From: Bacillota bacterium
Lineage (GTDB): Bacteria > Bacillota > JAAYKD01
NCBI GenBank assembly: GCA_963666425.2
Contig: OY762825.2
Coordinates: 704,001 to 768,000, forward strand
Direction of reading: 5' to 3'
DNA length: 64,000 bases
Made by a program: the position numbers and the translations under genes
The notes under the pieces: generated by a model
What the model was told of the DNA's origin: nothing
The model's database searches: none
What the model saw: only the letters and a program-made list of their open reading frames with translations
Part shown: positions 48,941-59,404 of the stretch, piece by piece
Layout of the letters: every line of letters begins with the position of its first letter
Numbering within the stretch: position 1 is the first letter of the stretch

Positions 48941-49864
48941 TTATCTGTGCGCGCAGCCGATGATTTCTCTGATCGCGCTTACCTTCTCTTTTTGGCACCA
49001 AGCCGCCAAGCCGCCTGCCACTTGACCGATACTGTCCGGTTCCACAAAATTCGCTGTTCCCAAAGCAATCGCACTGGCTCCCGCCATCAGAAAGCTGAGG
49101 GCATCTTCGGCCGTCATGATACCCCCCATGCCGATGATCGGTAATCGGACTGCCTGATAAACCTGATAAACCATCCGCAAGGCAATCGGTCGGATCGCCG
49201 GACCGGATAAGCCGCCAAATGTATTGGCTAAGACCGGTTTACGTAATTTGAGATCAATCACCATAGCTAAGAGGGTATTGATCAAGGAAATCACATCCGC
49301 CCCCTCCGCTTCCACGACTTTAGCCATCAGAGCGATATCGGTCACATTGGGTGACAATTTGACAATCAAGGGAAGCTTTGTATTCCTGCGGGCAGCCCTG
49401 ACAGCCGCCGCAGCAGTTTCCGGTTTGGTACCGAAGGCCATGCCGCCTTCTTTGACGTTTGGGCAGGAAATATTGACTTCCAAAGCGGCAATTCCTGCTA
49501 TTTTATCCAAACGGGCTGCCATTTCGCCGTATTCTTCCGCTGTTTTACCATTGATATTCACGATCAAAGGCACATCCTGCTGCAGCAGCCAGGGCAGTTC
49601 ATCAGTTAAAAAAGCTTCTACCCCAGGATTCATCAAGCCGACGGAATTAATCAGACCGGCAGGTGTCTCAATTAAGCGCTGACCGGGGTTGCCCTGACGA
49701 GGTTCCGGTGTGATACCTTTGACGGTGATTGCTCCCAACTGACGCAAATCGGTCAGATCAGCGTATTCCTGACCGAAGCCAAAGGTGCCGGAAGCAGTCG
49801 TAATCGGGGTCCGAAAGTGAATTCCCGCGATTTCCACGCTCAAATCAACTTGCTTATTCATCAA
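48941..49864 (-). CDS. pyrD: Dihydroorotate dehydrogenase B, catalytic subunit
   Basis: ASGTFG, NISCPN, KLSPN and GGLSGPAI motifs. Confidence 0.95.
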   Translation of the reverse strand: MMNKQVDLSVEIAGIHFRTPITTASGTFGFGQEYADLTDLRQLGAITVKGITPEPRQGNPGQRLIETPAGLINSVGLMNPGVEAFLTDELPWLLQQDVPLIVNINGKTAEEYGEMAARLDKIAGIAALEVNISCPNVKEGGMAFGTKPETAAAAVRAARRNTKLPLIVKLSPNVTDIALMAKVVEAEGADVISLINTLLAMVIDLKLRKPVLANTFGGLSGPAIRPIALRMVYQVYQAVRLPIIGMGGIMTAEDALSFLMAGASAIALGTANFVEPDSIGQVAGGLAAWCQKEKVSAIREIIGCAHR

Positions 49865-50669
49865 AATCCACCTCTTCCGCCGCTATGACAGGACCTTCCT
49901 GGCAGATCAAAGCATACCGCCAACCGCCATCCGCAGTTTTTAAGCGGACGGTGCAGCCAAGACACGCACCCAGACCGCAGGCCATATGCGCTTCCAATGA
50001 AAGCCAAACCGGAATCGCCAAGCTTTGGGTTTCCTTTTTTAAGGCTTTCAGCATGGGCATCGGACCACAGGCATATACCGCTTTTGTCTGCTGCCGCTGC
50101 AGGTTTTCTCTGAGCTGGACTGTCACATAACCTTGCTTACCACAGCTGCCGTCTTCGGTTGCCAGTTCCAGCTTGACGCCAAGCTGCTGTAATTCCTCCA
50201 GGACCAATAAGTCTGCCCGGCTGCGGCTGCCGTAATAGACAGTAAGACAATAGCCTTTTTGGAGCAAATCCTCCGCCAAAGCGTAAAGCGGTGCAATGCC
50301 GATACCGCCGGCAACCAAAGCAATCTGCTGACCATTCGCTGCCGGTTCGTCCGGCAGAGGAAAGCCGCTGCCTAAGGGTGCTAAGATTTGCAAGCTTTCT
50401 CCGGTTTTGATCGTAGTCAAGGCTTCAGTTCCTCGACCGACCACCTGGTATAATACTTTAAACCTGCCGGTCTCGGTGTCGACCGCATGGATGCTCATTG
50501 GACGTCGCAGCAGCGGATCGTTTAGACCGCTAAGTCTGATATTGACGAACTGACCCGGCTGCATCAAATCGACCAAGTTCTTTTCCGCCAGGGTCAGCAA
50601 CCAATAATTACCTTTGAGATGTTGATTCTCGATCACCAGTGCCGCTTTATTCTGCGCTTTATTTTTCAT
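49854..50669 (-). CDS. pyrK: Dihydroorotate dehydrogenase electron transfer subunit
   Basis: LRRPMS, GGIGIAP and MACGLGACLGC...C.EGPV motifs. Confidence 0.93.
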   Translation of the reverse strand: MKNKAQNKAALVIENQHLKGNYWLLTLAEKNLVDLMQPGQFVNIRLSGLNDPLLRRPMSIHAVDTETGRFKVLYQVVGRGTEALTTIKTGESLQILAPLGSGFPLPDEPAANGQQIALVAGGIGIAPLYALAEDLLQKGYCLTVYYGSRSRADLLVLEELQQLGVKLELATEDGSCGKQGYVTVQLRENLQRQQTKAVYACGPMPMLKALKKETQSLAIPVWLSLEAHMACGLGACLGCTVRLKTADGGWRYALICQEGPVIAAEEVDFDE

Positions 50670-53600
50670 GGAGATACTCCTGTAAACTAACGGGTTTCAG
50701 ATGTTCCGTATTCTGCAGATAGCTGAGACAGCGCCAATAAGCGAGCAAAGTATCCAAGGAAGTAAAGTAACGGCAGTCATGCTCCACCGCAGAACGGCGA
50801 ATGATAAAACCATCCCGTTCCGGTAATTTACCTAAAGTAACGGTATTGATGACGAAATCAATCTTACCCTCCGCAATCACATCTAACACCGTCCGCTCTT
50901 TGCCGCCGATCTTCGCTACCTCTTCCACTTTTACACCGGCCTGCTGCAGCGCTTCCGCAGTTTTGCTGGTAGCATATACTTTATAACCCGCCCGCCAAAA
51001 TTGCTTGATCAGCGGGATCGCTTCTTTTTTATCACGGTCGGCTATAGTTGCCAATAAGACTTTTTGCTCGGTAGGTTTCCAGCCGGCTGCCCAGAAAGCG
51101 CGCGCCAAGGCTTCGTCTTTGTTTTGACCCAGACCGATGACTTCGCCTGTGCTTTTCATTTCCGGACCTAAACCAATTTCCACACCGCGCAGTTTCGCCC
51201 AGCTAAAGACCGGCGCTTTGGCTGCATAGAAATCACCGGCAGCCCATAATCCGTCCGGATAACCCTGTGCTTTGATGCTCTCACCCAAAGCAACCCGGGT
51301 AGCAATCTGCACCATAGGCAAATTCGCCACTTTGGAGAGGAAGGGAACGGTTCGGCTGGAGCGGGGATTCACTTCAATGATATATAAGTTTTGTCCCTGC
51401 CGCACGAACTGGACATTGATCAGGCCTTTCACCTGCAGCGCCAAAGCCATTTTTGTGGTGGCTTCGCAAATTTCTTCTACCACCCAGGGATCGATGTGAT
51501 ACCAGGGATAGACTGCGATCGAATCACCGGAATGCACCCCGGCCCGTTCTACATGCTCCATGATTCCGGCAATTAGAACCGTTTCTCCATCGGCAATTGC
51601 ATCGACTTCCAATTCCTGGCCTAAAATATAACGATCAATCAGCACAGGATGGTCGGGAGAGATGCGGACAGCTTCCTGCAGATAACCTTCCAACTCATTG
51701 ACAGAATAGCAGATTTCCATACCGCGGCCGCCCAGCACATAGGAAGGACGGACCAGAACCGGAAAACCGAGTTCCTGCACGGCGTTCTTGGCTTCTGCAA
51801 AAGAGCGTACCGCTTTGCCTGCCGGACGCGCCAAGTGTAAGCTCTCCAGGAGATCATCAAAGCGTTCTCTGTCTTCGGCCAAATCAATCGCATCCAGCTG
51901 CGAACCTAAAATTGGAATGCCGCTTTCATCGATGCAGCGCGCTAAATTGATGGCAGTCTGTCCGCCGAATTGCACCAGAACTCCCTGCGGTTTTTCTTTT
52001 CTCAGGATATCCAGGACTTCTTCTTCCATCAGGGGTTCAAAGTAGAGGCGATCGGAAACATTGAAATCGGTGGAGACGGTTTCCGGGTTATTATTGATCA
52101 TAATGGAGCGATACCCGGCTTTCTCCAGTGCCTGCAAGGCGTGCACGGAACAGTAATCAAATTCGACACCCTGACCGATACGGATCGGACCGGAGCCGAT
52201 TACCACTGCTTTTTTGCCTTCCATCGGCTGCGCTTCATCCTCCTGTTCGAAGGTGGCATAATAATAAGGCGTATCCGATTCAAACTCACCGGCACAGGTA
52301 TCAACCAATTTATAGGTGCGCTCTATTTTCTCGCTGATGCGCCGTTCGTAGACTGCTTTTTCCGTTTGCCGGCTCAGACGAGCCACTTCACTATCGGCAA
52401 AGCCGAGCCGTTTTGCGTCACGCAGCAATTCCTTGCCAAACGGTTCGGATTGCAGACGCTGCTCCATCACCGGGATGCGCTGTAATTGATGCAAAAACCA
52501 GGGATCGATGCGGGTAATTTCGTAAAGCTTCTCCAGTGAGAAACCGCGGCGCAGTGCTTCCATCAGATGAAATAAGCGCAGATCATCGGCATAGGTGATC
52601 TGACGGATCAACTCTTCTTCACTGAGCTGAGCGCTCTCCGCTGTCCAAACCGCGGTGTAACCCTGCTCCAGCGAGCGCACAGCCTTTTGTAATGCTTCCG
52701 GGAAAGTGCGGCCGATGGCCATCACCTCGCCGGTTGATTTCATTTGTGTATTCAGCTGACGGTTGGCCACCCGGAATTTATCGAAAGGAAAACGCGGAAC
52801 TTTCGCCACGATATAGTCGATGGTTGGTTCAAAGCAGGCGCTGGTGCGTCCGGTTACCGGATTCACGATTTCATCCAGGGTATAACCCAAAGCAATCAGG
52901 CTGGCGATGCGGGCAATCGGATAACCGGTCGCTTTGGATGCCAGAGCGGAGGAACGGCTGACTCTGGGGTTTACTTCAATGACATAGTATTGCTGACTGT
53001 AAGGATCCAGGGCAAACTGAACGTTGCAGCCGCCTTCAATCCCCAAATTGCGAATGATGTTGAGGGAAGCGGAACGCATCATCTGATAATCGCTGTCATC
53101 GAGCGTCTGCGTCGGTGCTACCACAATCGAATCTCCGGTGTGGACGCCCAAAGGATCAAAGTTTTCCATGGAGCAGATGGCGATACAATTATCTTTCGCA
53201 TCGCGCATGACTTCAAACTCGATTTCTTTCCAACCTTTCAGAGATTTTTCAATTAAACATTGATTGATGGGACTCAGTCGTAAACCAATGGGCAGCAGTT
53301 CGCAGAGCTCTTCCTCGTTGTAGCAGAAGCCGCCGCCGGTACCTCCCAGGGTAAAGGCAGGCCGCACAATGATGGGATAACCGATTTTTTTAGCAAAGGG
53401 GATGGCACTGGGCAGATCGTTGACCGTGTAGCTTTCCAGTACCGGTTCACCAATGCTTTCCATGGCATCTTTGAATAATTGCCGATCTTCCGAACGTTCG
53501 ATGGCATCCAGCGGTGTTCCCAATAATTCCACATTGTATTGTTTAAAAATACCTTTTTGCCCTAACGACAGCGCCATATTCAGGCCAACCTGGCCACCCA

Positions 53601-53868
53601 GCGTGGGCAGAATTCCATCCGGCCGCTCTTTTTCGATAATTTTCGTAACAATTTCCGGCGAAATCGGCTCCAGATAAGTCTGATACGCCATTTCTTTATC
53701 GGTCATAATGGTGGCTGGATTGGAATTGACCAGAATGACCTGCACCCCTTCTTCACGCAGAACACGGCAGGCCTGGGTACCGGCGTAATCGAACTCCGCC
53801 GCCTGACCGATGATGATCGGACCGGAGCCGATCACCAGGATTTTTTTCAGGTAGGATTTCTTTGGCAT
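50659..53868 (-). CDS. carB: Carbamoyl-phosphate synthase large subunit
   Basis: GSGPIIIGQAAEFDY; duplicated ATP-grasp domains. Confidence 0.97.
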   Translation of the reverse strand: MPKKSYLKKILVIGSGPIIIGQAAEFDYAGTQACRVLREEGVQVILVNSNPATIMTDKEMAYQTYLEPISPEIVTKIIEKERPDGILPTLGGQVGLNMALSLGQKGIFKQYNVELLGTPLDAIERSEDRQLFKDAMESIGEPVLESYTVNDLPSAIPFAKKIGYPIIVRPAFTLGGTGGGFCYNEEELCELLPIGLRLSPINQCLIEKSLKGWKEIEFEVMRDAKDNCIAICSMENFDPLGVHTGDSIVVAPTQTLDDSDYQMMRSASLNIIRNLGIEGGCNVQFALDPYSQQYYVIEVNPRVSRSSALASKATGYPIARIASLIALGYTLDEIVNPVTGRTSACFEPTIDYIVAKVPRFPFDKFRVANRQLNTQMKSTGEVMAIGRTFPEALQKAVRSLEQGYTAVWTAESAQLSEEELIRQITYADDLRLFHLMEALRRGFSLEKLYEITRIDPWFLHQLQRIPVMEQRLQSEPFGKELLRDAKRLGFADSEVARLSRQTEKAVYERRISEKIERTYKLVDTCAGEFESDTPYYYATFEQEDEAQPMEGKKAVVIGSGPIRIGQGVEFDYCSVHALQALEKAGYRSIMINNNPETVSTDFNVSDRLYFEPLMEEEVLDILRKEKPQGVLVQFGGQTAINLARCIDESGIPILGSQLDAIDLAEDRERFDDLLESLHLARPAGKAVRSFAEAKNAVQELGFPVLVRPSYVLGGRGMEICYSVNELEGYLQEAVRISPDHPVLIDRYILGQELEVDAIADGETVLIAGIMEHVERAGVHSGDSIAVYPWYHIDPWVVEEICEATTKMALALQVKGLINVQFVRQGQNLYIIEVNPRSSRTVPFLSKVANLPMVQIATRVALGESIKAQGYPDGLWAAGDFYAAKAPVFSWAKLRGVEIGLGPEMKSTGEVIGLGQNKDEALARAFWAAGWKPTEQKVLLATIADRDKKEAIPLIKQFWRAGYKVYATSKTAEALQQAGVKVEEVAKIGGKERTVLDVIAEGKIDFVINTVTLGKLPERDGFIIRRSAVEHDCRYFTSLDTLLAYWRCLSYLQNTEHLKPVSLQEYLHEK

Positions 53869-54942
53869 TTAGCGCCCCTTCTTTCTTTGGAACGTTTTGA
53901 TGAAAGAACCGAAGAGGCTGGATGAATCCAGCGGACCGGGTGACCCCTCCGGATGATACTGAACCGACCAGATCGGCAGTGTCTTATGACGTAAGCCTTC
54001 CACTGTATTATCATTCAGCTGTATATGGGTGACTTCCAATTGCGTATGCTGGACACTGGATAAATCCACGGCATAACCGTGATTCTGCGAAGTCATGCGG
54101 ACTTGTCCGCTCGCTAAATCCTTGACCGGATGATTGCCTCCCCGGTGACCAAACGGCAGCTTATAGGTGGCTGCCCCCATGGCCAGGGCGATGATCTGAT
54201 GACCAAGGCAGATGCCTACAATGGGAATCCGTCCGGCCAAATCCCGGACCAGTGAGATGGCGGCAAGCTGCACTTCGGGAGCACCGGGTCCATTGGAAAG
54301 CAAGACTCCGTCCGGCTGCTCTGCCATGACCAGCGCCGCTGTGGCGTTCGGTGGAAAAACAGTAATATCGCAATCCAGCGCCTGCAATTTACGAATGATA
54401 TTTGACTTGGCGCCAAAATCAATCAATGCCACCCGCGTACCGCTGCCTTTGATGCGGTGGATCTCTTTGCAGGCGACCTGTTTAACATAATCGGGATGCG
54501 CCATGCCTTTCAGCATCGCTAAGGCGTCCTGCTGTGACACGCTGGCCGGTACGATAATCCCCTCCATCACACCGTAGCTGCGCAGCAGGCGCACCAACGC
54601 TCTGGTATCCAATTCGCTGATCACCGTGATCTGCTGCTCGAGCAGGAAATGTTCCAGGCTGCCCTGCATTAAAAAATGATTGGGAAAATCGCAGAGTTCT
54701 CTGACGATCATGCCTTTGCACCAAACATGTTCCGATTCTGCCTTCAGCGGATTGACACCGTAATTGCCCTGCAGGGGATAAGTCATGGTGACCAACTGAC
54801 CTGCATAAGAAGGATCGGTGAGTGTTTCCCAGTAACCGGTCATGCCGGTCGTAAAAACGACTTCACCCATCGCGGCTTGGCAGGCTCCGTGCAGCTTTCC
54901 GTCAAACGAAAGGCCATTGGCTAATATGAGTTTTCCGTCCAT
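53869..54942 (-). CDS. carA: Carbamoyl-phosphate synthase small subunit
   Basis: GEVVFTTGMTGY, GICLGHQ and QYHPE; probable start at 54942. Confidence 0.96.
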   Translation of the reverse strand: MDGKLILANGLSFDGKLHGACQAAMGEVVFTTGMTGYWETLTDPSYAGQLVTMTYPLQGNYGVNPLKAESEHVWCKGMIVRELCDFPNHFLMQGSLEHFLLEQQITVISELDTRALVRLLRSYGVMEGIIVPASVSQQDALAMLKGMAHPDYVKQVACKEIHRIKGSGTRVALIDFGAKSNIIRKLQALDCDITVFPPNATAALVMAEQPDGVLLSNGPGAPEVQLAAISLVRDLAGRIPIVGICLGHQIIALAMGAATYKLPFGHRGGNHPVKDLASGQVRMTSQNHGYAVDLSSVQHTQLEVTHIQLNDNTVEGLRHKTLPIWSVQYHPEGSPGPLDSSSLFGSFIKTFQRKKGR

Positions 54943-56237
54943 TAAACTCCTACTTCCCTTCTGTAGCGAATTTCTCCCTCTACGATGGTGCAAACCGGCC
55001 AGCCTTTTAGCTGCCAGCCGCCGTAAGGTGTGTTTTTACCTTTGGAGACAAACGCTTCCGGTTTGACCGTGCGTATTTCCTGCGGATCAATTATTGTGAT
55101 ATTGGCACGGCTGCTAAGGCTCAGGCGATGGTCCGGCAAGTTGTAAATTGCCGCCGGACCGCTGGTAAAAGCTTTGATCACGGTCTGCAGTGGGATCAGT
55201 CCGGGTGCTACCAAGCGGTCCATGATCAAAGCCACCGCTGTGTCCAAACCGGAAATACCAAAGGCTGCATAGTCGAATTCCATGCGCTTATCATCCAAAT
55301 GATGCGGCGCATGGTCCGTCACAATGGCGGTGATGACGCCGTCTCTGACGCCCTCAATCAAAGCCTGACGGTCTGCCGCGGAGCGCAGCGGCGGATTGAT
55401 TTTTGTATTGCTGTCGTAATCGGACTGTGCTACGATCTCATCGGTTAGAATCAAATGATGCACCGTCACTTCACCGCTGGCTTTGATTCCATCCTCTTTG
55501 GCTTGCCGCAGCAGGCGAACCGAATTCGCTGCGGAGAGATGGCAGAGATGAATCCTGCCGCCCACCAATTTCGCCAGCTGCAAATCCCGGTACGCCATCA
55601 CTTCTTCGGCAGCGGAGGGAATCCCGCGCAATCCCAGACGGGTGGAAACCGCACCGTGATGCATCACACCGCCTTCGGCTAAAACCGGATCCTCCAAGTG
55701 GCTGGCGACCGTTAAGCCAAACATGGCACTATATTCCAGCGCGTTGCGCATCACTTCGGCATTGACCACCGGTTTGCCGTCATCCGAAACGCCAATCGCA
55801 CCGGCAGACTTTAGGTCAGCCATTTCGGTCAGTTCCAGACCCTTTTCCCCTTTGGTAATCGCGGCCAGAGGATAAACACGGGCGCCGCCGGCGATTGCCG
55901 CCTGGCGCAGGATGTATTCCACTACGCTGCGGTTATCACATATGGGGTCGGTGTTCGGCATACAGCAGACAGCCGTAAATCCACCGGCTGCGGCTGCTTT
56001 GCTGCCGCTGGCAATGTCTTCTTTATATTCATAACCGGGTTCCCGCAGATGCACATGAGCATCAATAAATCCCGGCGCCACGATTTTTCCCCGACAATCC
56101 ACGATCTCTGCCCCTGCAGCCGTAATCTCCGGCTGCAGATCGCAAATCAGACCGTCTTCGATCAGAAGATCACAGATTTGATCCAGCTGCTGCATCGGGT
56201 CGATCACACGCCCCCCTTTTAATAAGAGCTTAGTCAT
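54942..56237 (-). CDS. pyrC: Dihydroorotase
   Basis: [14 protein letters not shown] and TDHAPH motifs. Confidence 0.95.
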   Translation of the reverse strand: MTKLLLKGGRVIDPMQQLDQICDLLIEDGLICDLQPEITAAGAEIVDCRGKIVAPGFIDAHVHLREPGYEYKEDIASGSKAAAAGGFTAVCCMPNTDPICDNRSVVEYILRQAAIAGGARVYPLAAITKGEKGLELTEMADLKSAGAIGVSDDGKPVVNAEVMRNALEYSAMFGLTVASHLEDPVLAEGGVMHHGAVSTRLGLRGIPSAAEEVMAYRDLQLAKLVGGRIHLCHLSAANSVRLLRQAKEDGIKASGEVTVHHLILTDEIVAQSDYDSNTKINPPLRSAADRQALIEGVRDGVITAIVTDHAPHHLDDKRMEFDYAAFGISGLDTAVALIMDRLVAPGLIPLQTVIKAFTSGPAAIYNLPDHRLSLSSRANITIIDPQEIRTVKPEAFVSKGKNTPYGGWQLKGWPVCTIVEGEIRYRREVGV

Positions 56238-57186
56238 GGCTTTCCCCTCCCACTAAAAGATTCAATAATGCCATCCGCACAGCAACGCCGTTGGTAACCT
56301 GTTCTTCGATGGTCGACTGCATCGAATCTGCTACCGCAGAAGCAATTTCCACACCGCGGTTCATGGGACCCGGATGCATCACCAAGGCATTGAGGTGCGC
56401 CAGACGCAAACGGCGCTCATCCAAACCCCAGTTGGCGTGGTATTCCCGGACACTGGGGAAGAGCCCCTTCTTTTGCCGTTCCAACTGCAGACGCAGCACA
56501 TTGATCACATCGGCATCCTGCAGCGCTTCTTCAATATTGCTGGTCACTTTCACACCCCATTGCGCGGCTTGCACCGGCAGCAGCGTCTGCGGACCACAGA
56601 GCGTGACCTTTGCACCAAACTTCAGCATCGCATAAAGATTGGAGCGCGCCACCCGGCTGTGCGCAATATCACCCAGGAGTACTATCTTCTTGCCTGTCAG
56701 GTCGCCTAGTTTATCCAGCATCGTATAGAGATCCAATAAGCCTTGCGTCGGATGCTCATGCATACCATCACCGGCATTAATCACGCTGCAGTGCAGCTGT
56801 TTTGCCAAAAAATGCGGCGCACCGGAAGCAGCATGACGCATGACTAAAATATCGGTCCCCAGTCTGGCGATGGTGAGAGCGGTATCCAATAAGGTCTCCC
56901 CTTTGACCACGCTGGAGGTGGAAGCCGTGATATTAATTACATCCGCTCCCAGGTACTTTCCCGCTAGTTCAAATGAACTGCGCGTACGGGTAGATGGTTC
57001 AAAAAAAAGATTGACGACGACTTTGCCTCTTAAATCCGTCCTCTTTTTCACCGGCTGCTCGATGAGCCGCTTCATTTTTCTCGCTTCTGCCATGATCAAT
57101 TCCATTTCGCTGCGGGACATGGTTTCTAAACCAAGAACATCTTTACTGTTAAGCTGCAAGAACTGCACACTTCCCTTCTTTGTCAT
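56230..57186 (-). CDS. pyrB: Aspartate carbamoyltransferase
   Basis: [12 protein letters not shown] and HPGPMNRG motifs. Confidence 0.96.
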   Translation of the reverse strand: MTKKGSVQFLQLNSKDVLGLETMSRSEMELIMAEARKMKRLIEQPVKKRTDLRGKVVVNLFFEPSTRTRSSFELAGKYLGADVINITASTSSVVKGETLLDTALTIARLGTDILVMRHAASGAPHFLAKQLHCSVINAGDGMHEHPTQGLLDLYTMLDKLGDLTGKKIVLLGDIAHSRVARSNLYAMLKFGAKVTLCGPQTLLPVQAAQWGVKVTSNIEEALQDADVINVLRLQLERQKKGLFPSVREYHANWGLDERRLRLAHLNALVMHPGPMNRGVEIASAVADSMQSTIEEQVTNGVAVRMALLNLLVGGESHD

Positions 57187-57224
57187 TTTTCCCGATCCGT
57201 CCGGTTTGCTTACCTGAAAAAGGG

Positions 57225-57378
57225 TAATAAAAAACGTCTACCCCTTGTATAAAAAAGGATAAACGTGTACGTCAACATGATTGGTTACCCCCTCACCTTG
57301 CTCGCCTCACGGGGTCGAACTTAAAGGATATAGCTGGTTACTACCCTGTAGTATAAGAGATAGCAAGATACTTGTCAA
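57225..57378 (-). promoter_or_regulatory. pyr operon promoter (TTGACA-17-TATACT) and PyrR-type attenuator
   Basis: Minus-strand CCTTTAA-GTTCGACCCCGTGAGGCGAGC-AAGG resembles the PyrR binding loop; followed by terminator ACGTTTATCC...GGGTAGACGT-TTTTT. Confidence 0.7.
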
Positions 57379-57731
57379 GCGTAATTTTTATAAAAACAAA
57401 CAGCAACCTTACTGGTTGGCGTAAAGCGCAGACGATTTTTTTGGCAATACAGCAACTGCGGTCAGGTTTTAGGTAGGCATCAACGCATCGAAACGCTGTC
57501 CTGCCGGCAAGTTTTTAAGCTGATTGTCAAGTCAAGGCGGAAAGTCAGTGCTGATTCTGCTGAATCGCATTCCTATGGCAGCCAGAGGAGAGCAGTATCA
57601 TTGTTACAGATTCTGAATAATCCATAAACTTTCCTCTTATGGATTTGATTGAGTCAATGGCTTGTGCTATACTAGATTAAGCTAAGATGATTCCGAGTCC
57701 GGTTGACTCAAAAAAGAAATGAGGAAAGTAA

Positions 57732-58454
57732 ATGCACAAGGTGAGAACAAACAACCCGAATCCAGAAAAGCATCCTTCTTTCCTTCCTATCATACTAACC
57801 ACACTGATGGCAATTTTAGCCACTCCTTTGGCGATGAACGCTTTCGTGATGCTGAGCGTACAGCAACGCATTTTGAATACAGATAAAACCGCTTCTCTGG
57901 CCGCAGACTGCATTTTGATTCTGGGAGCAGGTGTAAAAGCCGACGGAACTCCCAGCGATATGCTGGAGGACCGTTTGCTGCAAGGCATAGCGCTTTATGA
58001 GCTTGGCTCCGCCGAAAAATTACTGGTCAGCGGCGATCATGGTCAGGTCGACTATGATGAGGTAAATACCATGAAACTGTTCGCCATCTCGCATGGAGTA
58101 CCATCCAGCGACATCTTTATGGATCATGCCGGTTTTTCTACCTATGAAAGCTTATACCGAGCGAAAGAGATTTTTCAAGCTGAAAAAATCATCATCGTTA
58201 CCCAGCGCTACCATCTCTACCGCGCTTTATATGTTGCCCGTGCGCTCGGACTGGATGCTTACGGTGTTGCTTCTGATTATCGCAGTTATGCCGGCCAATC
58301 TTACTACAGTGCCAGAGAAATGGCAGCACGTGTCAAGGACTTTTTTCAGGTGATTTTAAAACCGCAGCCCACGATAATGGGTGAGGCGATTCCACTCGAT
58401 GGCGATGGTGATTGCACGAATGATCGCCCCAAAGGGATCTACCAAATCGAATGA
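57732..58454 (+). CDS. SanA/YdcF (DUF218) family protein
   Basis: ILGAG, L.DRL, VSGD, DHAGFSTYES and VTQRYHLYRA motifs. Confidence 0.88.
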   Translation: MHKVRTNNPNPEKHPSFLPIILTTLMAILATPLAMNAFVMLSVQQRILNTDKTASLAADCILILGAGVKADGTPSDMLEDRLLQGIALYELGSAEKLLVSGDHGQVDYDEVNTMKLFAISHGVPSSDIFMDHAGFSTYESLYRAKEIFQAEKIIIVTQRYHLYRALYVARALGLDAYGVASDYRSYAGQSYYSAREMAARVKDFFQVILKPQPTIMGEAIPLDGDGDCTNDRPKGIYQIE

Positions 58455-58904
58455 TGGCAGAAAAGAAGCAAATTCATTGAAAAACCGAATTTAAAACATA
58501 CAAAAAATAGGGAAATCATCAAAAAACCATTGCAATTTGGGAATATTTGTTGCAATGGTTTTTCTATTTCCAGCTACTTTTTGTATGTTTTAATTATTAT
58601 TTCTATGATCACTTTTATTTATGCCGCTTACAGTCCATCATAAAGAGTGAATTTTCATAAAATTGGCTCTGCCATTTTGTGAAATTCGGGCAATTGGACT
58701 TGATATCAAGAAATTTTTCACAAACAAGGGTGCCTTTGCAAAAAAATAGAAATAAATAGTAATACAGTAAAAAAGTATCGATTTTTTCGACAATTTGACT
58801 TGTTTCCTCAGAAAGATTATACTTTATCTAGAAGTCTCTGGGAAAAATAGCTCCCGAGCTGACAATTTATTATGAATTACAATCGAAGGGGAGGGATTTC
58901 ACCT

Positions 58905-59402
58905 ATGGCGTGCAATTGCATGCAAAGCAAATTCACCGAATTGGATCAGTATATCGATACATTATCGATATCCAATAAAGGATCTGCTTTGATTCCTGTT
59001 CTGCATCACGCGCAATCGCTTTTTGGTTATCTGCCGCAAGATGTTCAATCTCATATTGCTGAACGTTTGGATATTTCCACAGCGAAGGTATATGGAGTCG
59101 TCAGTTTCTACACCTTCTTTACCATGGTCCCCCGCGGTCAAAGCAACATTAATGTTTGCCTGGGTACCGCTTGTTTCGTAGGTGGTGCAGAAGCGGTTCT
59201 AAAAGAATTTGAAAATCAACTTCATATCAAAAGCGGAGAAACGACACCCGATTTTAAATTTTCCATCACACCGGTGCGCTGCGTCGGCGCCTGCAGTTTA
59301 GCCCCTGTCGTCATGATCAATAACAAAGTCTACGGCCATGTCAAACCCGAGGACGTCGCTCAAATTATCAGCGAATACAGCCAATCCGAAGGAGGTGTAT
59401 AA
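58905..59402 (+). CDS. [FeFe]-hydrogenase NuoE-like subunit (HydC/HndA)
   Basis: CLGTAC and CVGACSLAP [2Fe-2S] motifs. Confidence 0.92.
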   Translation: MACNCMQSKFTELDQYIDTLSISNKGSALIPVLHHAQSLFGYLPQDVQSHIAERLDISTAKVYGVVSFYTFFTMVPRGQSNINVCLGTACFVGGAEAVLKEFENQLHIKSGETTPDFKFSITPVRCVGACSLAPVVMINNKVYGHVKPEDVAQIISEYSQSEGGV

Positions 59403-59404
59403 GA

